Of a stretch of 62,051 nt of DNA, positions 1 to 9,279 are shown piece after piece; position 1 is the first letter of the stretch, and every line of letters begins with the position of its first letter. The notes below the pieces were generated by a model. That model made no database searches. It had not been told where the DNA came from and worked only from the letters and a program-made list of their open reading frames with translations. The stretch spans positions 1 through 62,051 of the IMG/VR virus record IMGVR_UViG_3300049259_000057; one strand, 5' to 3'. Source of the stretch: a virus (lineage: Duplodnaviria; Caudoviricetes). Position numbers and translations under genes: made by a program.

Positions 1-12
1 GCAAGATAAAGC
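1..12. repeat. 12-bp terminal direct repeat, left copy (GCAAGATAAAGC)
   Basis: Identical to 62040-62051. Confidence 0.95.
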
Positions 13-373
13 GGGACTGTAGCTCCCCGGTGGCGGAACTCCAGACCGTGATGCTATGTTGCTTACGGTTGCCGTTGGGTGCGAAAATGGTTCCTGGGAA
101 AAGTCCGTCCGGGGCGCGCGTGGGTTTCGGTGTCATGAAAAAGGTCCCCAGCGGCAACCATCCGACGACGTGACCGGGCAACGATAGGTGAGCGCAAGCC
201 CCGATGAGACGCCCCTGTCAACTGTGCGAAGGTGGCCGGTCCAACCCGAACTGCACAATCTGTGGCGGCAACGGTGAGTGGAACGATGGCGACGCAGGGA
301 AGGGCAATAAGAGAAATCCGATGCCACCGGGTCAGCCTGGACCACGTAACCCGAACAGGGGAAAGACCAACCC

Positions 374-871
374 GTGAACAACCCGGAGCCCGGTGCGTCC
401 ATCGGCGAGACACTGGACAACCTGATCACGCATCACCGTCACCTGGTGCGCACAGTGAACGAGGATGGCGCGTCCCGGATGACGAACTGGTTCCTGGCCA
501 GCCAGCACCCGGACATGGTGGCCCGGTTGCTGACACGGGCTGTCAGCCGGCTGGCCCTGGTGTGGCCCGAGCGGAAGCCGCCGCCCCCGGTGGTGCTGAC
601 CCCGTTCGAACTTCAGTTGGGCGGAATTGACCGCGTGGACGGTCCGTCACCGTACCGGCAGATAGCGGCACAACTGAGTGAGGCGATGGACGACAGGCGC
701 CTGAAACCGGGTGACCGGCTGCCATCGGAGAGTGCCCTGATTCAGCATTACGGCGTGTCGCGGATGACGGTGCGTCGCGCGTTCGAACGATTGGCGGCTG
801 CCGGCTACATCCAATCGGCGCAGGGTAGTGGCGTGTTCGTGTTGGACCGCAACAGGAGAAGAGCGACGTGA
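374..871 (+). CDS. GntR-family winged-helix regulator with N-terminal extension
   Basis: C-terminal PYRQIAAQL...LKPGDRLPSESALIQHYGVSRMTVRRAFERLAAAGYI..QGSGVFV is a typical GntR HTH. Confidence 0.9.
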   Translation: MNNPEPGASIGETLDNLITHHRHLVRTVNEDGASRMTNWFLASQHPDMVARLLTRAVSRLALVWPERKPPPPVVLTPFELQLGGIDRVDGPSPYRQIAAQLSEAMDDRRLKPGDRLPSESALIQHYGVSRMTVRRAFERLAAAGYIQSAQGSGVFVLDRNRRRAT

Positions 872-1401
872 CACTCAGGGATAGACGGATTCGATCGGTG
901 TTCAGCCTCACCCGGCTACAACGCGCGATTCGGATGATTCAAACCATTGACCTCGTGGTGAACTATCTACTTCCGCCGGGTGCGCCCGTCCCGTCTCGCA
1001 AGGAGCGCAACGCGATCAAACTAGTATTGTTGCTCATCATCAGGAGGGGAGATCTCGCCACGGTCGAGTCGTCACTGACCGATCTCAGGGACCTGATGGT
1101 AAAGAATAATTGGATATTCATGGTCACATCGATCATGTATTTTGCCACAGGTACGGTGCCGCCGGATCAACAGCGACCGTACAGAGACGGTTGTGACGAT
1201 ATCTGTCGACGGTTGTTCAATGTGGATTTCGAGGTGAACGGGAGTGTCGGCTGCCTGCTGATCGGGGGTCGTCTCAACGGTAGTTTGAGCAGCCAGAACT
1301 ATTCGTTTCTGTCGACCGCCCTCTATAGTGACGAGTTGCCCAAGGTGAGCCAGCGCAGAGCAGATGCATGGTTGCGTGACATCAAACCAATTGTCAAGTG
1401 A
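868..1401 (+). CDS. Hypothetical protein
   Basis: 177-aa ORF with GTGA overlap to the upstream gene. Confidence 0.6.
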   Translation: MTLRDRRIRSVFSLTRLQRAIRMIQTIDLVVNYLLPPGAPVPSRKERNAIKLVLLLIIRRGDLATVESSLTDLRDLMVKNNWIFMVTSIMYFATGTVPPDQQRPYRDGCDDICRRLFNVDFEVNGSVGCLLIGGRLNGSLSSQNYSFLSTALYSDELPKVSQRRADAWLRDIKPIVK

Positions 1402-1447
1402 TGCTGAACGGCAGACTCGTGGACCGGACCTTGAGGGATGATCCGGT

Positions 1448-1768
1448 ATGACGAATCGAATCCGCGTGACGCTACACGTCATCCTGGTCGTGACAGAGTT
1501 CCTGATCAACCCCGATGCCGAACTCTACGGCCGCGAAATCAGCAGACGAACGGGACTGCTACCGGGCACGCTGTACCCGATCCTGGCGCGACTGGTGACC
1601 GCCGAATGGCTGGCCGTCAGGGACGAGGAAGGCGACCCGGCGGAACTGAACCGTCCTTTGCGACGGTATTACCGGCTGACAGACGACGGCGTCCCGGCAG
1701 CGCGGGCAACGCTCGCACGGTCCCGGATGCAGGTGTCTGTCGCCGCCCCCCGGGATCAATCGTCATGA
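1448..1768 (+). CDS. PadR-family winged-helix regulator
   Basis: YGREISRRTGLLPGTLYPILARL..EW...RPLRRYYRLTDDG motif. Confidence 0.88.
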   Translation: MTNRIRVTLHVILVVTEFLINPDAELYGREISRRTGLLPGTLYPILARLVTAEWLAVRDEEGDPAELNRPLRRYYRLTDDGVPAARATLARSRMQVSVAAPRDQSS

Positions 1769-1968
1769 CGCGGCCAGTGTGCCCCATGTGCGGGTTGCGT
1801 ACGGGACGTCGCTACCTGATTCGCGAATCGTGCCAGTGTGTACCTTTGCCCTCCCATAGTGTGACGACGTGGTGGAATACGCTATACATGGGGCGAACGC
1901 CTAAATCAGCCGCCGTGGTTATTGCGGTGTGCGTCGTGGCATTCGTCCTGGCCTACCTCATCCACTAG
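1765..1968 (+). CDS. Small Cys-rich membrane protein
   Basis: ATGA overlap; CPMC...CQC and a C-terminal hydrophobic helix. Confidence 0.55.
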   Translation: MTRPVCPMCGLRTGRRYLIRESCQCVPLPSHSVTTWWNTLYMGRTPKSAAVVIAVCVVAFVLAYLIH

Positions 1969-2025
1969 CGCAGGATCAGGTAATCGAACGGAGGCACACC
2001 GAATGACAGAGCCACAGGGGCACGT

Positions 2026-2310
2026 GTGATTGACAGTGATGAACTGTACCGGGCGATAGGCGACGAGTTGCAACTCGCGCGGAAACAGGCAGAGTTGTTG
2101 CAACAAGATTTGGCCGACCGGTTAAGCATTCCGCGCAATACTCTGGCCACCTATGAACAAGGGATTCGCGGGTGCTCCATTCCGCGCATGGTGGAACTTT
2201 GTCAGGAAATGGGGATCAGCGCACCAAAATTGTTGGATCGGGCACTGCGGAGGGTTACCGCGCCACGGTGCCCAACATGTCAGCACGAACTGTCGGAGGG
2301 CGTCCTATGA
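2026..2310 (+). CDS. XRE-family HTH protein
   Basis: IGDELQLARKQAELLQQDLADRLSIPRNTLATYEQG. Confidence 0.88.
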   Translation: MIDSDELYRAIGDELQLARKQAELLQQDLADRLSIPRNTLATYEQGIRGCSIPRMVELCQEMGISAPKLLDRALRRVTAPRCPTCQHELSEGVL

Positions 2311-2459
2311 CCGGTATTGCGATGCGCGTTAAGAAATGGTGGTTCCTGTCATCGATTCGTCGGCTACTCTTGACGGACGCGCGCAAGATCGATGAGTACA
2401 ACCGGGCGGTTGACGCTTACAACGAGGCTGTTGACCGGGAGAACAGGAACATAGCATGA
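2307..2459 (+). CDS. Small hypothetical protein
   Basis: GGAGG SD and ATGA overlap. Confidence 0.5.
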   Translation: MTGIAMRVKKWWFLSSIRRLLLTDARKIDEYNRAVDAYNEAVDRENRNIA

Positions 2460-2472
2460 CAGGCATAATGAT

Positions 2473-2968
2473 GTGACACTGAAGAACAGGCTGGCAGACT
2501 GGACAGATTGGGACATTGCCGGGTTTGCACTAGGTCGCGAATTGGGGATTTTCGAATCAGATGACGACTGGTATCCGAACAAGAGCATCCTTTGGTCGGC
2601 CAATCCGCTCGGGGGATGCACTTCACGTCGCACTGATGGCCTTGGTGTCCGGTGGAGTGCTGGAACGCCGAGACGAGCCCGAGACGACTCAGTTCCGCTG
2701 GTCTCGCCAAGCGGAGGATGCGACACAGTTCACCTGCCCCGTCTGCGGTGCCGCTAGTGCGCATCCCGAAGACCAGCGGCATGGCTACTGCGGCAGGTGC
2801 CACGCTTTCACTGGTCACGGGACATCGGGGGGCGTGGTGCTCACCGACGAGGTGATCGAGCGTGCGGCTCGGGACGCGGAGCAGGGCTACGACGTCAACC
2901 GGTTGCGCCCGCGTACGCATCGTGGTGAACCGCTCGACGCAAAGGAAACAAGACATGGTGACGTTTGA
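2473..2968 (+). pseudogene. Frameshifted hypothetical gene (break at G5 run, 2611-2615)
   Basis: ...ILWSANPLG in one frame continues as DALHVALMALVSGGVLERRDEP...QFRW in another if one G is removed. Confidence 0.6.
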
Positions 2969-3158
2969 TCTCAAGGCCGGCACTGTGGCCCTCATCTTTG
3001 CGCTCATCTTCGCGGTCGCAGGAGGGGGTATCCGAATGATCTTCAGTGCCTTGTATATGGATGCTGATGAACCGGCTTGGGTCCGTATCTTCTGGGTGCT
3101 CGTTCCCGCTGGCCTGGTTGGCGGCTGGGTACTTGGCTGGTGGCTCGCCACACCTTAA
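2955..3158 (+). CDS. Small two-TM membrane protein
   Basis: AAGGA SD; two hydrophobic segments. Confidence 0.7.
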   Translation: MVTFDLKAGTVALIFALIFAVAGGGIRMIFSALYMDADEPAWVRIFWVLVPAGLVGGWVLGWWLATP

Positions 3159-3243
3159 CGGCATCGCACGTTGCGTGATGGCTAGTCGCCGAGCGTAGTT
3201 CGCCAGGCCAGGACAGTTGTCGGGTGTCACGATCGTGTAACGA

Positions 3244-3297
3244 ACTGTACGGATGCCTGCTAGTTCGTCTTGCCGGAGTACCAAGCATCCGTACAGT
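3244..3297 (+). promoter_or_regulatory. Sigma70-like promoter overlapped by a 13-bp inverted repeat
   Basis: TTGCCG(3270-75)-N16-TACAGT(3292-97); ACTGTACGGATGC 3244-56 / GCATCCGTACAGT 3285-97. Confidence 0.6.
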
Positions 3298-3341
3298 GGG
3301 ACCTAGACAGCACGACACCGCCTCACCAGGGGGAACCCCAC

Positions 3342-3605
3342 ATGAGCACCACCACCGCCACCACGATCACCCCCAACACCCGGTACGCCAATGACCTGGG
3401 CATGTGGGCGGAACTTCGTTTCGATGCGCAGGGTGGCTACGTTCCTGGCCTAGGCGCACAGGGCGTGTGGTACGCGGTCACCTGGGCCCCGTACTTCCCC
3501 AGCGACAAGCCGATGACCATGGCGGACAGCCGCGACCGGGCCCGTGTCGAGAGCGCCATTCGTCGCTGGATTGCCACTCGGGAATTTCCCCCCGCAATCG
3601 TCTGA
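3342..3605 (+). CDS. Hypothetical protein
   Basis: AGGGGGAA SD before ATG 3342. Confidence 0.7.
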   Translation: MSTTTATTITPNTRYANDLGMWAELRFDAQGGYVPGLGAQGVWYAVTWAPYFPSDKPMTMADSRDRARVESAIRRWIATREFPPAIV

Positions 3606-3611
3606 TCGGTC

Positions 3612-3653
3612 GCCCGTCCCGGATCGGTGGGGTTCGACTCCCCACACGGGCAC
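3612..3653 (+). ncRNA. tRNA-minihelix-like element (acceptor-like stem plus T-arm)
   Basis: GCCCGT/ACGGGC stem stacked on GTGGGG-TTCGACT-CCCCAC; no D or anticodon arm. Confidence 0.55.
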
Positions 3654-3688
3654 TCACGCACACCAACTCACCAGAGGGAACCCCCGAT

Positions 3689-4948
3689 ATGAGCACCACC
3701 CGAAACCTGAAACTCTCTCAGACCATGGTCGCCGGTCTCGTCCACTACGCCTATGAGGCCATGGGCCGCGACGACTGGCGCGTGCCCTACCCGGCCACCA
3801 GCACCCGCGTGGCACTGGTGACACGAGAGCTGATCACCCCCGGCATGACGCACGAGATCAACGACGCGGGCCGCGCGGCACTCCTGGCAGCGCTGGACAA
3901 TGACGCGCTCGACACGCCGAACGTTCCGGAACTGCGCGAGTACCTGGCGACCCCGGTCACTGTCCCCCCCCTGCCTGTAAACACCACTGGCCCCCGTAGC
4001 CCGATCCGTGTTAGCCCGCCACGCCAGCCCGGCAACGGCACTACGCGCAACTGGACGCGCACCCTGTCCGGCAAGCTCTACGCCTTTTTCCTGGTAACCA
4101 TGCCTGATGGTGAAATCCGCTACGAAATCCGCCGGTACGACGGGTCGCCAGAGGGAGCAAAGTTTGATTGTGACTGGACGCGGTTGCATTTCATCACGAT
4201 TCCGGCGCCCACGGCCCCGGTCGCTAGCACGTCTGCGGACCCGGTGCGCACGTCCCTGGTGTCGCGTGGCCTGGTCCCGCCGACGCTGGTTGCCTCACTG
4301 GACGATTTCGGCCCTGCCCCGGTCACTGTCGCCAAGGTTGCCACGCCGGTCGCCCAGCGGCCCGTCACCGAGCCGAAGGTGTCGACGCTTGACCTACTCG
4401 AACGCATTGACCGGGTGGCCCGGAACCTGATCGAAAATGCGCGGGCACAAACGGTCGACGGTACCCCGATGGACATCCGCAACCTGGCCCACCGCATCGA
4501 TGGACTGTGGCAGACCGCCACGGCATTGGTTCAGCGTCTAGGACGCGTAGTGCTGCCGTTCCCAGAGCTGATCGCGTCCATTCATCCGGGCAAAAAGGCA
4601 GTGAAACGACGTGACCCGGTGGACGCGGCGGCCCTCATGGCACAGCTCACGGTGATCCGGACCGTGGGTGACGTGGTGTCTGATTGGTTGACTCCGGAAC
4701 AGGGTTACAGCCCGGACCCCACGGCGCCGTTGATGGACTGCCCGGAATGCGGGCGCCCCGGCATCGTGCACCGCGACGGTTGCGCGAACGGTCAGGACGC
4801 ACTCAGGGCGCGCATCGCGAAGGCGCTCGGTGACCGCGAGTGCGAGGCGAACGCGCGCAAGGGCACCGGTACCGGCTCGTGTGACCGGCCGCTGGACGCG
4901 CACGGCAACTGTGACCGCGCGTCCGCTCACATCACGGATGGTGCCTGA
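3689..4948 (+). CDS. Hypothetical multi-module protein with C-terminal Cys/His motifs
   Basis: AGAGGGAA SD before ATG 3689; CPECG..HRDGC and C..CDRP..HGNC. Confidence 0.75.
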   Translation: MSTTRNLKLSQTMVAGLVHYAYEAMGRDDWRVPYPATSTRVALVTRELITPGMTHEINDAGRAALLAALDNDALDTPNVPELREYLATPVTVPPLPVNTTGPRSPIRVSPPRQPGNGTTRNWTRTLSGKLYAFFLVTMPDGEIRYEIRRYDGSPEGAKFDCDWTRLHFITIPAPTAPVASTSADPVRTSLVSRGLVPPTLVASLDDFGPAPVTVAKVATPVAQRPVTEPKVSTLDLLERIDRVARNLIENARAQTVDGTPMDIRNLAHRIDGLWQTATALVQRLGRVVLPFPELIASIHPGKKAVKRRDPVDAAALMAQLTVIRTVGDVVSDWLTPEQGYSPDPTAPLMDCPECGRPGIVHRDGCANGQDALRARIAKALGDRECEANARKGTGTGSCDRPLDAHGNCDRASAHITDGA

Positions 4949-5706
4949 TGGATGCCGCCACCGACGCGGCCCGCCGAATGACCAACCTAGCCAGCCGCAC
5001 CCCGGTGGAGATTGACACCACCCTGGCCGCCCTAGACACCGAGTATCACGGGCTGACTAGGCGCCTGAGGATGATCCTGGGCACCGTGCACGTGGCGGCC
5101 GGTGACAAGCAACGTCGGATCGGTCGACGCGAACAGTGGTCGATGACCGACGCGGACGCGGTGGCCGCGCTACGGGACAAGATCGAAACCGGTACCGTGA
5201 ATCTGTCGTATGCCGACATGGCGCCTACCACCATGGCCAACTATGACGAAACCGATCGACAGGCCAACGCCAACCGGTACCAGTTCGAGCGGCTCAACGC
5301 CGAACACGGCCGGCGCCGTTGGACGCGATTCGTCATCGTCGAACACGTGCATTCTGGTGACAACTGTGTCGGCGGAACGTTGGACCGTGGCCTGTACCGT
5401 TCGGAACGGCACTGGTTGCCGGAATACTCCGGTCGCAGTGAAGCGGAAGCAATCGCCGAACTCGCGGACCTGGCACACACACTGTGTACGCATTGTTTCC
5501 CAGGCGCACCCGTCGTCAAGGCCGCCGTGGACCCGACTTCGTGCGCTGGTCAGACCTACGACAGGACCAGGCTGGTTCGACGCGGTCGCGCGAGCGGCAA
5601 TGGCGCGTTCTGCACCGAGTGCGGCGGCTGGGCCACGTTCACCAGCGCAGGCAATCTACGCAAGCACAAGCGCCCTACCACGTCGCACATTGACGGGGGT
5701 GCCTGA
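4948..5706 (+). CDS. Hypothetical protein, probably Zn-binding
   Basis: TGATG coupling; HVHS..C, LCTHCFP and CTECG..RKH. Confidence 0.8.
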   Translation: MDAATDAARRMTNLASRTPVEIDTTLAALDTEYHGLTRRLRMILGTVHVAAGDKQRRIGRREQWSMTDADAVAALRDKIETGTVNLSYADMAPTTMANYDETDRQANANRYQFERLNAEHGRRRWTRFVIVEHVHSGDNCVGGTLDRGLYRSERHWLPEYSGRSEAEAIAELADLAHTLCTHCFPGAPVVKAAVDPTSCAGQTYDRTRLVRRGRASGNGAFCTECGGWATFTSAGNLRKHKRPTTSHIDGGA

Positions 5707-5918
5707 TGAGCGCAATATGTCAGGTGCGGACCAAGTATCGAGGCGTTGACAGCATGTGCGGCAAAAAGGCCACGCATTTTGTGACCTATTTTACAGATGG
5801 TAGCGGTGGCATGAATTGCTGCGCTCCGCACATTGCCCGTGCCCTGAACCTGGTACTGAACACCTTGCCGGCCACCGGTGACCACGGGAAAATCCAACGG
5901 CTCGACGGGGGTGCTTGA
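5706..5918 (+). CDS. Small Cys-rich hypothetical protein
   Basis: TGATG coupling; C...CGKKATH...CCAPH. Confidence 0.65.
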   Translation: MSAICQVRTKYRGVDSMCGKKATHFVTYFTDGSGGMNCCAPHIARALNLVLNTLPATGDHGKIQRLDGGA

Positions 5919-6160
5919 TGCCGGCGAACCGTGATCGGTGCAGCGCGCCCATGACTCACTATCCCGATATGCAGTGCACCTATATCGCAACATTCTACGT
6001 TCACCCGATGCAGCACCCATCCAAGGGCAAATTCGGGTGCACTCAACACCTGGCCAAAGTGTGCCGAACCATGGCCGCCGGTACCGCCGAGGATCTGACC
6101 GCCATGACGGACACGGTCACAGTGATTGTCCTTCGCAACAACGAAGGGGAATCGCGATGA
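5918..6160 (+). CDS. Small Cys-rich hypothetical protein
   Basis: TGATG coupling; C...CTYIAT...CTQH, a pattern similar to the preceding ORF. Confidence 0.6.
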   Translation: MPANRDRCSAPMTHYPDMQCTYIATFYVHPMQHPSKGKFGCTQHLAKVCRTMAAGTAEDLTAMTDTVTVIVLRNNEGESR

Positions 6161-7734
6161 CCGCCACCAGCAGCCGGAACCGAGCCGCACTCACGGCGGT
6201 CAACACGCCCATCGTCGCGGACGCCTACATCCGGTTGTCCGACCTGCGCGACACGGACCTGACGGAAGAGGGCATCGGCAAGACGTTCGCCGATCGGGAG
6301 AAGGCACTCCGCGAGTTCGCCGCGCGGCTGGGTTGGACGATTGATCGCGTGGTGATTGAAAACGACCTGGCAAAGTCGAAAACGGGGAAGCAACGCGGGG
6401 CGTCCGCGTTCAAGCGACGCAGGGTGTACCAGGCCGATGGCACGTACACTCTGCGCGTGTGGCGACCAGGTTTTCAGTCCATTCTGGACGACATGAAATC
6501 CGGTCGGATCAATGCCCTAGTGGCTGAAGACCTGGACCGTGCGATGCGTGACCCCCGTGACCTAGAAGATTTGATCGATATTGCCGAGGCACACAAGATC
6601 AACGCTCGTTCCCTGGCCGGTTCGTTGACGTTCACCGATGGCGGAACGGACGCCGAGATCACGATGGCCCGGGTCATGGTGACGATGGGCAACAAGTCGA
6701 GTCGGGACACGGTGCGCCGCGTGGCAGCGTCACGGGAACGCAAGGCGTACGCGGGTGAATACGGCGGCGGGACACGCCCCTACGGTTTCGAAAAGGACGG
6801 CGTCACGAAGATCTGGCACGAGTGCGCGGTGATCGCGACCGCGTCCCGCCGTGTCCTTCAGGGTATATCGCTGAAGGAACAGGTACGCGACTTGAAAGCC
6901 GCCGGGGTGCCGACGACCACGGGCACGGGCCAGTGGGACACGCGGACACTGAAAGCTATTTTGATCAGGGAACGCAACGCGGGCATTCAGATCTACCAGG
7001 GCGAGGAAATCGGGTCAGCGCCCTGGGCCCCCATCATTCCCGTGGACATGTACCGGGAAGTGGTGCGCATACTGCGAGACCGGGCCGTCAACAACAACCC
7101 CAGTAACGCGCCCGTGTGGTTCGGTTCCTGCATCTACGAATGCGGCAAGCCAGAATGCGACGGTGGTCGGATCGTGGTCAACAAATCCGGCAAGCGGACC
7201 CCTACCTATGTGTGCACGAACGGGCACCTGGGCCGACGTGTGGAACCCGTCGACGTGCTGGTCGTCGGTACCATCATCGAAATGCTGTCCCAGCCGGAAG
7301 CGGCCGGTTTGCTGGTCCGGAAGGGCAAGGCGCCGATTGACTCGGAAAAGCTACGCGCGGAATGTGCCACGATTCGCCGGAACCTGGTCGAGTTGGCCGA
7401 AGACCGCGCGGAAGGACTGATCGACCGGGCCCAGATGCTCGCCGGTACCCGCAAGGGGCAGACTCGACTAGCCGAAATTGACGAGTTGCTGGCGTCGGCC
7501 GTGGTGGAGTCGCCGCTGGCGCCGATGATCGCTGCCGCTGATGTGCGCACGTCATGGGATCAACAGCCGTTGTCGGTGCGCCGTGCCGCGTTGGGGCTGC
7601 TGCTGGATGTGACAATCCTGCCGGCACCGGAGGGTCAGAGCCGTATTTTCGATCCGAGACTGATCCGGATCACCCCGAAGGAGGGCTACACGATCCCCTC
7701 GTCCATCGGCCGGTCAGTCACGATGGCCGCGTAA
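6157..7734 (+). CDS. Large serine recombinase (integrase)
   Basis: AYIRLS catalytic motif, RPGF, DLDRAMRD, GGTRPYGF recombinase domain, CGKPEC...YVC Zn ribbon, coiled coil; GAAGGGGA SD before ATG 6157. Confidence 0.95.
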   Translation: MTATSSRNRAALTAVNTPIVADAYIRLSDLRDTDLTEEGIGKTFADREKALREFAARLGWTIDRVVIENDLAKSKTGKQRGASAFKRRRVYQADGTYTLRVWRPGFQSILDDMKSGRINALVAEDLDRAMRDPRDLEDLIDIAEAHKINARSLAGSLTFTDGGTDAEITMARVMVTMGNKSSRDTVRRVAASRERKAYAGEYGGGTRPYGFEKDGVTKIWHECAVIATASRRVLQGISLKEQVRDLKAAGVPTTTGTGQWDTRTLKAILIRERNAGIQIYQGEEIGSAPWAPIIPVDMYREVVRILRDRAVNNNPSNAPVWFGSCIYECGKPECDGGRIVVNKSGKRTPTYVCTNGHLGRRVEPVDVLVVGTIIEMLSQPEAAGLLVRKGKAPIDSEKLRAECATIRRNLVELAEDRAEGLIDRAQMLAGTRKGQTRLAEIDELLASAVVESPLAPMIAAADVRTSWDQQPLSVRRAALGLLLDVTILPAPEGQSRIFDPRLIRITPKEGYTIPSSIGRSVTMAA

Positions 7735-7752
7735 CCGCAGAACCACCCGCGC

Positions 7753-7791
7753 ACGGGGCCCAGATAGCCGACACCGGTTGCTGGGCCCCGT
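7753..7791. terminator. Stem-loop after the integrase gene
   Basis: ACGGGGCCCAG / CTGGGCCCCGT, 11-bp inverted repeat. Confidence 0.5.
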
Positions 7792-7885
7792 CGCTGTCTC
7801 TACAGTCGAGAGACTGGCTCACCGGGCGCCACGGGGGACGACAGACCTCCCCAGGGTAGGCACCCGCGTACGTGTGGAGTCCCCC

Positions 7886-8071
7886 ATGGCGGACATCCCC
7901 GATTGTCAGCCCCAGCGGCCACGGCCGGTCTACTCGGCGGACATGCCGACACCGGAACCTGATCCCGTGCTCGCGGCCTATATCCGCGACATGGTGAGCC
8001 ACTGGCCGCCGCTATCCGCCGAGCAAATCGGAACGCTGCGGGCCCTATTTGATCCGGTCACGCTGCCGTGA
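7886..8071 (+). CDS. Small protein beside the integrase (candidate recombination directionality factor)
   Basis: GGAG SD; WPPLSAEQIGTLRALF; function inferred from position only. Confidence 0.5.
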   Translation: MADIPDCQPQRPRPVYSADMPTPEPDPVLAAYIRDMVSHWPPLSAEQIGTLRALFDPVTLP

Positions 8072-8301
8072 ATAACCGAACAGATTTCACTTACCAGTGG
8101 TCAACCCCATCATCGTCCCTAGGTCCCTGACCAGCGACGTTGCCGCAACCCCCCCGGGCCCCGTCACCCGATCGGGGCGTTTTCCTGATATCGCGCGACT
8201 TGCGTTGCGGGTGACACGCGCCACGTGTTAAATGCCGAGTAACACGCGCTACGAGTCACCTGGCGCACGACTTTACATACCGTGACAGATGGGCAGGCGC
8301 C

Positions 8302-8646
8302 ATGGCGCAGCAAGTGAACGTCCGACTGATTGACGATCTGGACGAGGAGGAAACCGCCGCCGAAACGGTGCGGTTCAGTGTGGGCGATCGTGCGTATGTG
8401 ATCGATTTGTCCGAACAGCATGTGAAAGAGCTTCACGAGGCACTGGCGCCGTATATTCGTCACGCGCGGCCGGCAGGAACGCGGCCGAAGGTCACGAAGT
8501 CTCGCGCGTCACGGCGCACCAGTGATCCGGCCGAAAATCGACGCATCCGGGAGTGGGCCAATAAGGTCGGCATCCTCCTGTCCAACCGGGGCCGCATCCC
8601 GGATAACGTCCTGGCCCAGTACCGGCAGCGCGACCAGGTGGCCTAG
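8302..8646 (+). CDS. lsr2: Lsr2-family nucleoid-associated protein
   Basis: MAQQVNVRLIDDLD..TVRF..YVIDLS dimerisation domain; IREWA..SNRGRIP AT-hook-like domain. Confidence 0.93.
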   Translation: MAQQVNVRLIDDLDEEETAAETVRFSVGDRAYVIDLSEQHVKELHEALAPYIRHARPAGTRPKVTKSRASRRTSDPAENRRIREWANKVGILLSNRGRIPDNVLAQYRQRDQVA

Positions 8647-8700
8647 CGCATCTCCTCATTCCCCTGTAACCCGCGAACGTAACGGGAGGAGTACGGCCCT

Positions 8701-9279
8701 ATGAAGGTATTGCAAGTGCTTGACGACGTCGACACTACCCCCGATGCCAGCACCGTGGAATTTTCCTATCGGGGCAAGTCGTACGCCATCGATCTGGCAG
8801 CCGCGAATGCGGCCCAACTGGACGCCGAAATAGGTTTCTGGATTGACCACGCCCGACCAGCGGGTAAAGCGTCGAAACCCAGCAATCATCAAACGGTAGC
8901 CGCCATCAGGGCAAGCCACGAGGTCCAGGGCGCCGAAGACTGGTGGTCGACGCCCCCCAACGCCAGCCCAGCGGAGAAAGAAGAGTTCGCCGAGATCCGG
9001 CGCCGGATACGCCTGTGGGGCGCGTCGCACGGCTATCCGTCACTGGGCGAACGAGGCCGCATCCCCCGGTCACTGGCGGCAGCGTGGCAGGCAAAGCACC
9101 GATCGGACAGTCCCGTGACTCCACGCCGTGACGACGACGATGACGACGACCCTACGACCGACACCGAACAGGCGGACCCCGAATTGGAGTTCGAGCCGGA
9201 ACCGGTGACGAAACCCCGGAAGGCATCGACGACGCGGCGCAGCACGGCGAGTAGCGCGCGAGGTAGGGCGGCATCGTGA
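8701..9279 (+). CDS. Second, divergent Lsr2-like protein
   Basis: LDDVD..TVEFSYRGKSYAIDL and IRLWGASHG..GERGRIP; longer linker and acidic/basic tail. Confidence 0.88.
   Translation: MKVLQVLDDVDTTPDASTVEFSYRGKSYAIDLAAANAAQLDAEIGFWIDHARPAGKASKPSNHQTVAAIRASHEVQGAEDWWSTPPNASPAEKEEFAEIRRRIRLWGASHGYPSLGERGRIPRSLAAAWQAKHRSDSPVTPRRDDDDDDDPTTDTEQADPELEFEPEPVTKPRKASTTRRSTASSARGRAAS

Noticed and set aside
3612-3660. tRNA gene
   Set aside because: Only the T-arm and an acceptor-like stem are present, with no D arm or anticodon arm; kept as a tRNA-like element.
5938-6156. N-terminal extension of the integrase
   Set aside because: Overlaps another coupled gene; the SD and catalytic motif position favour ATG 6157.
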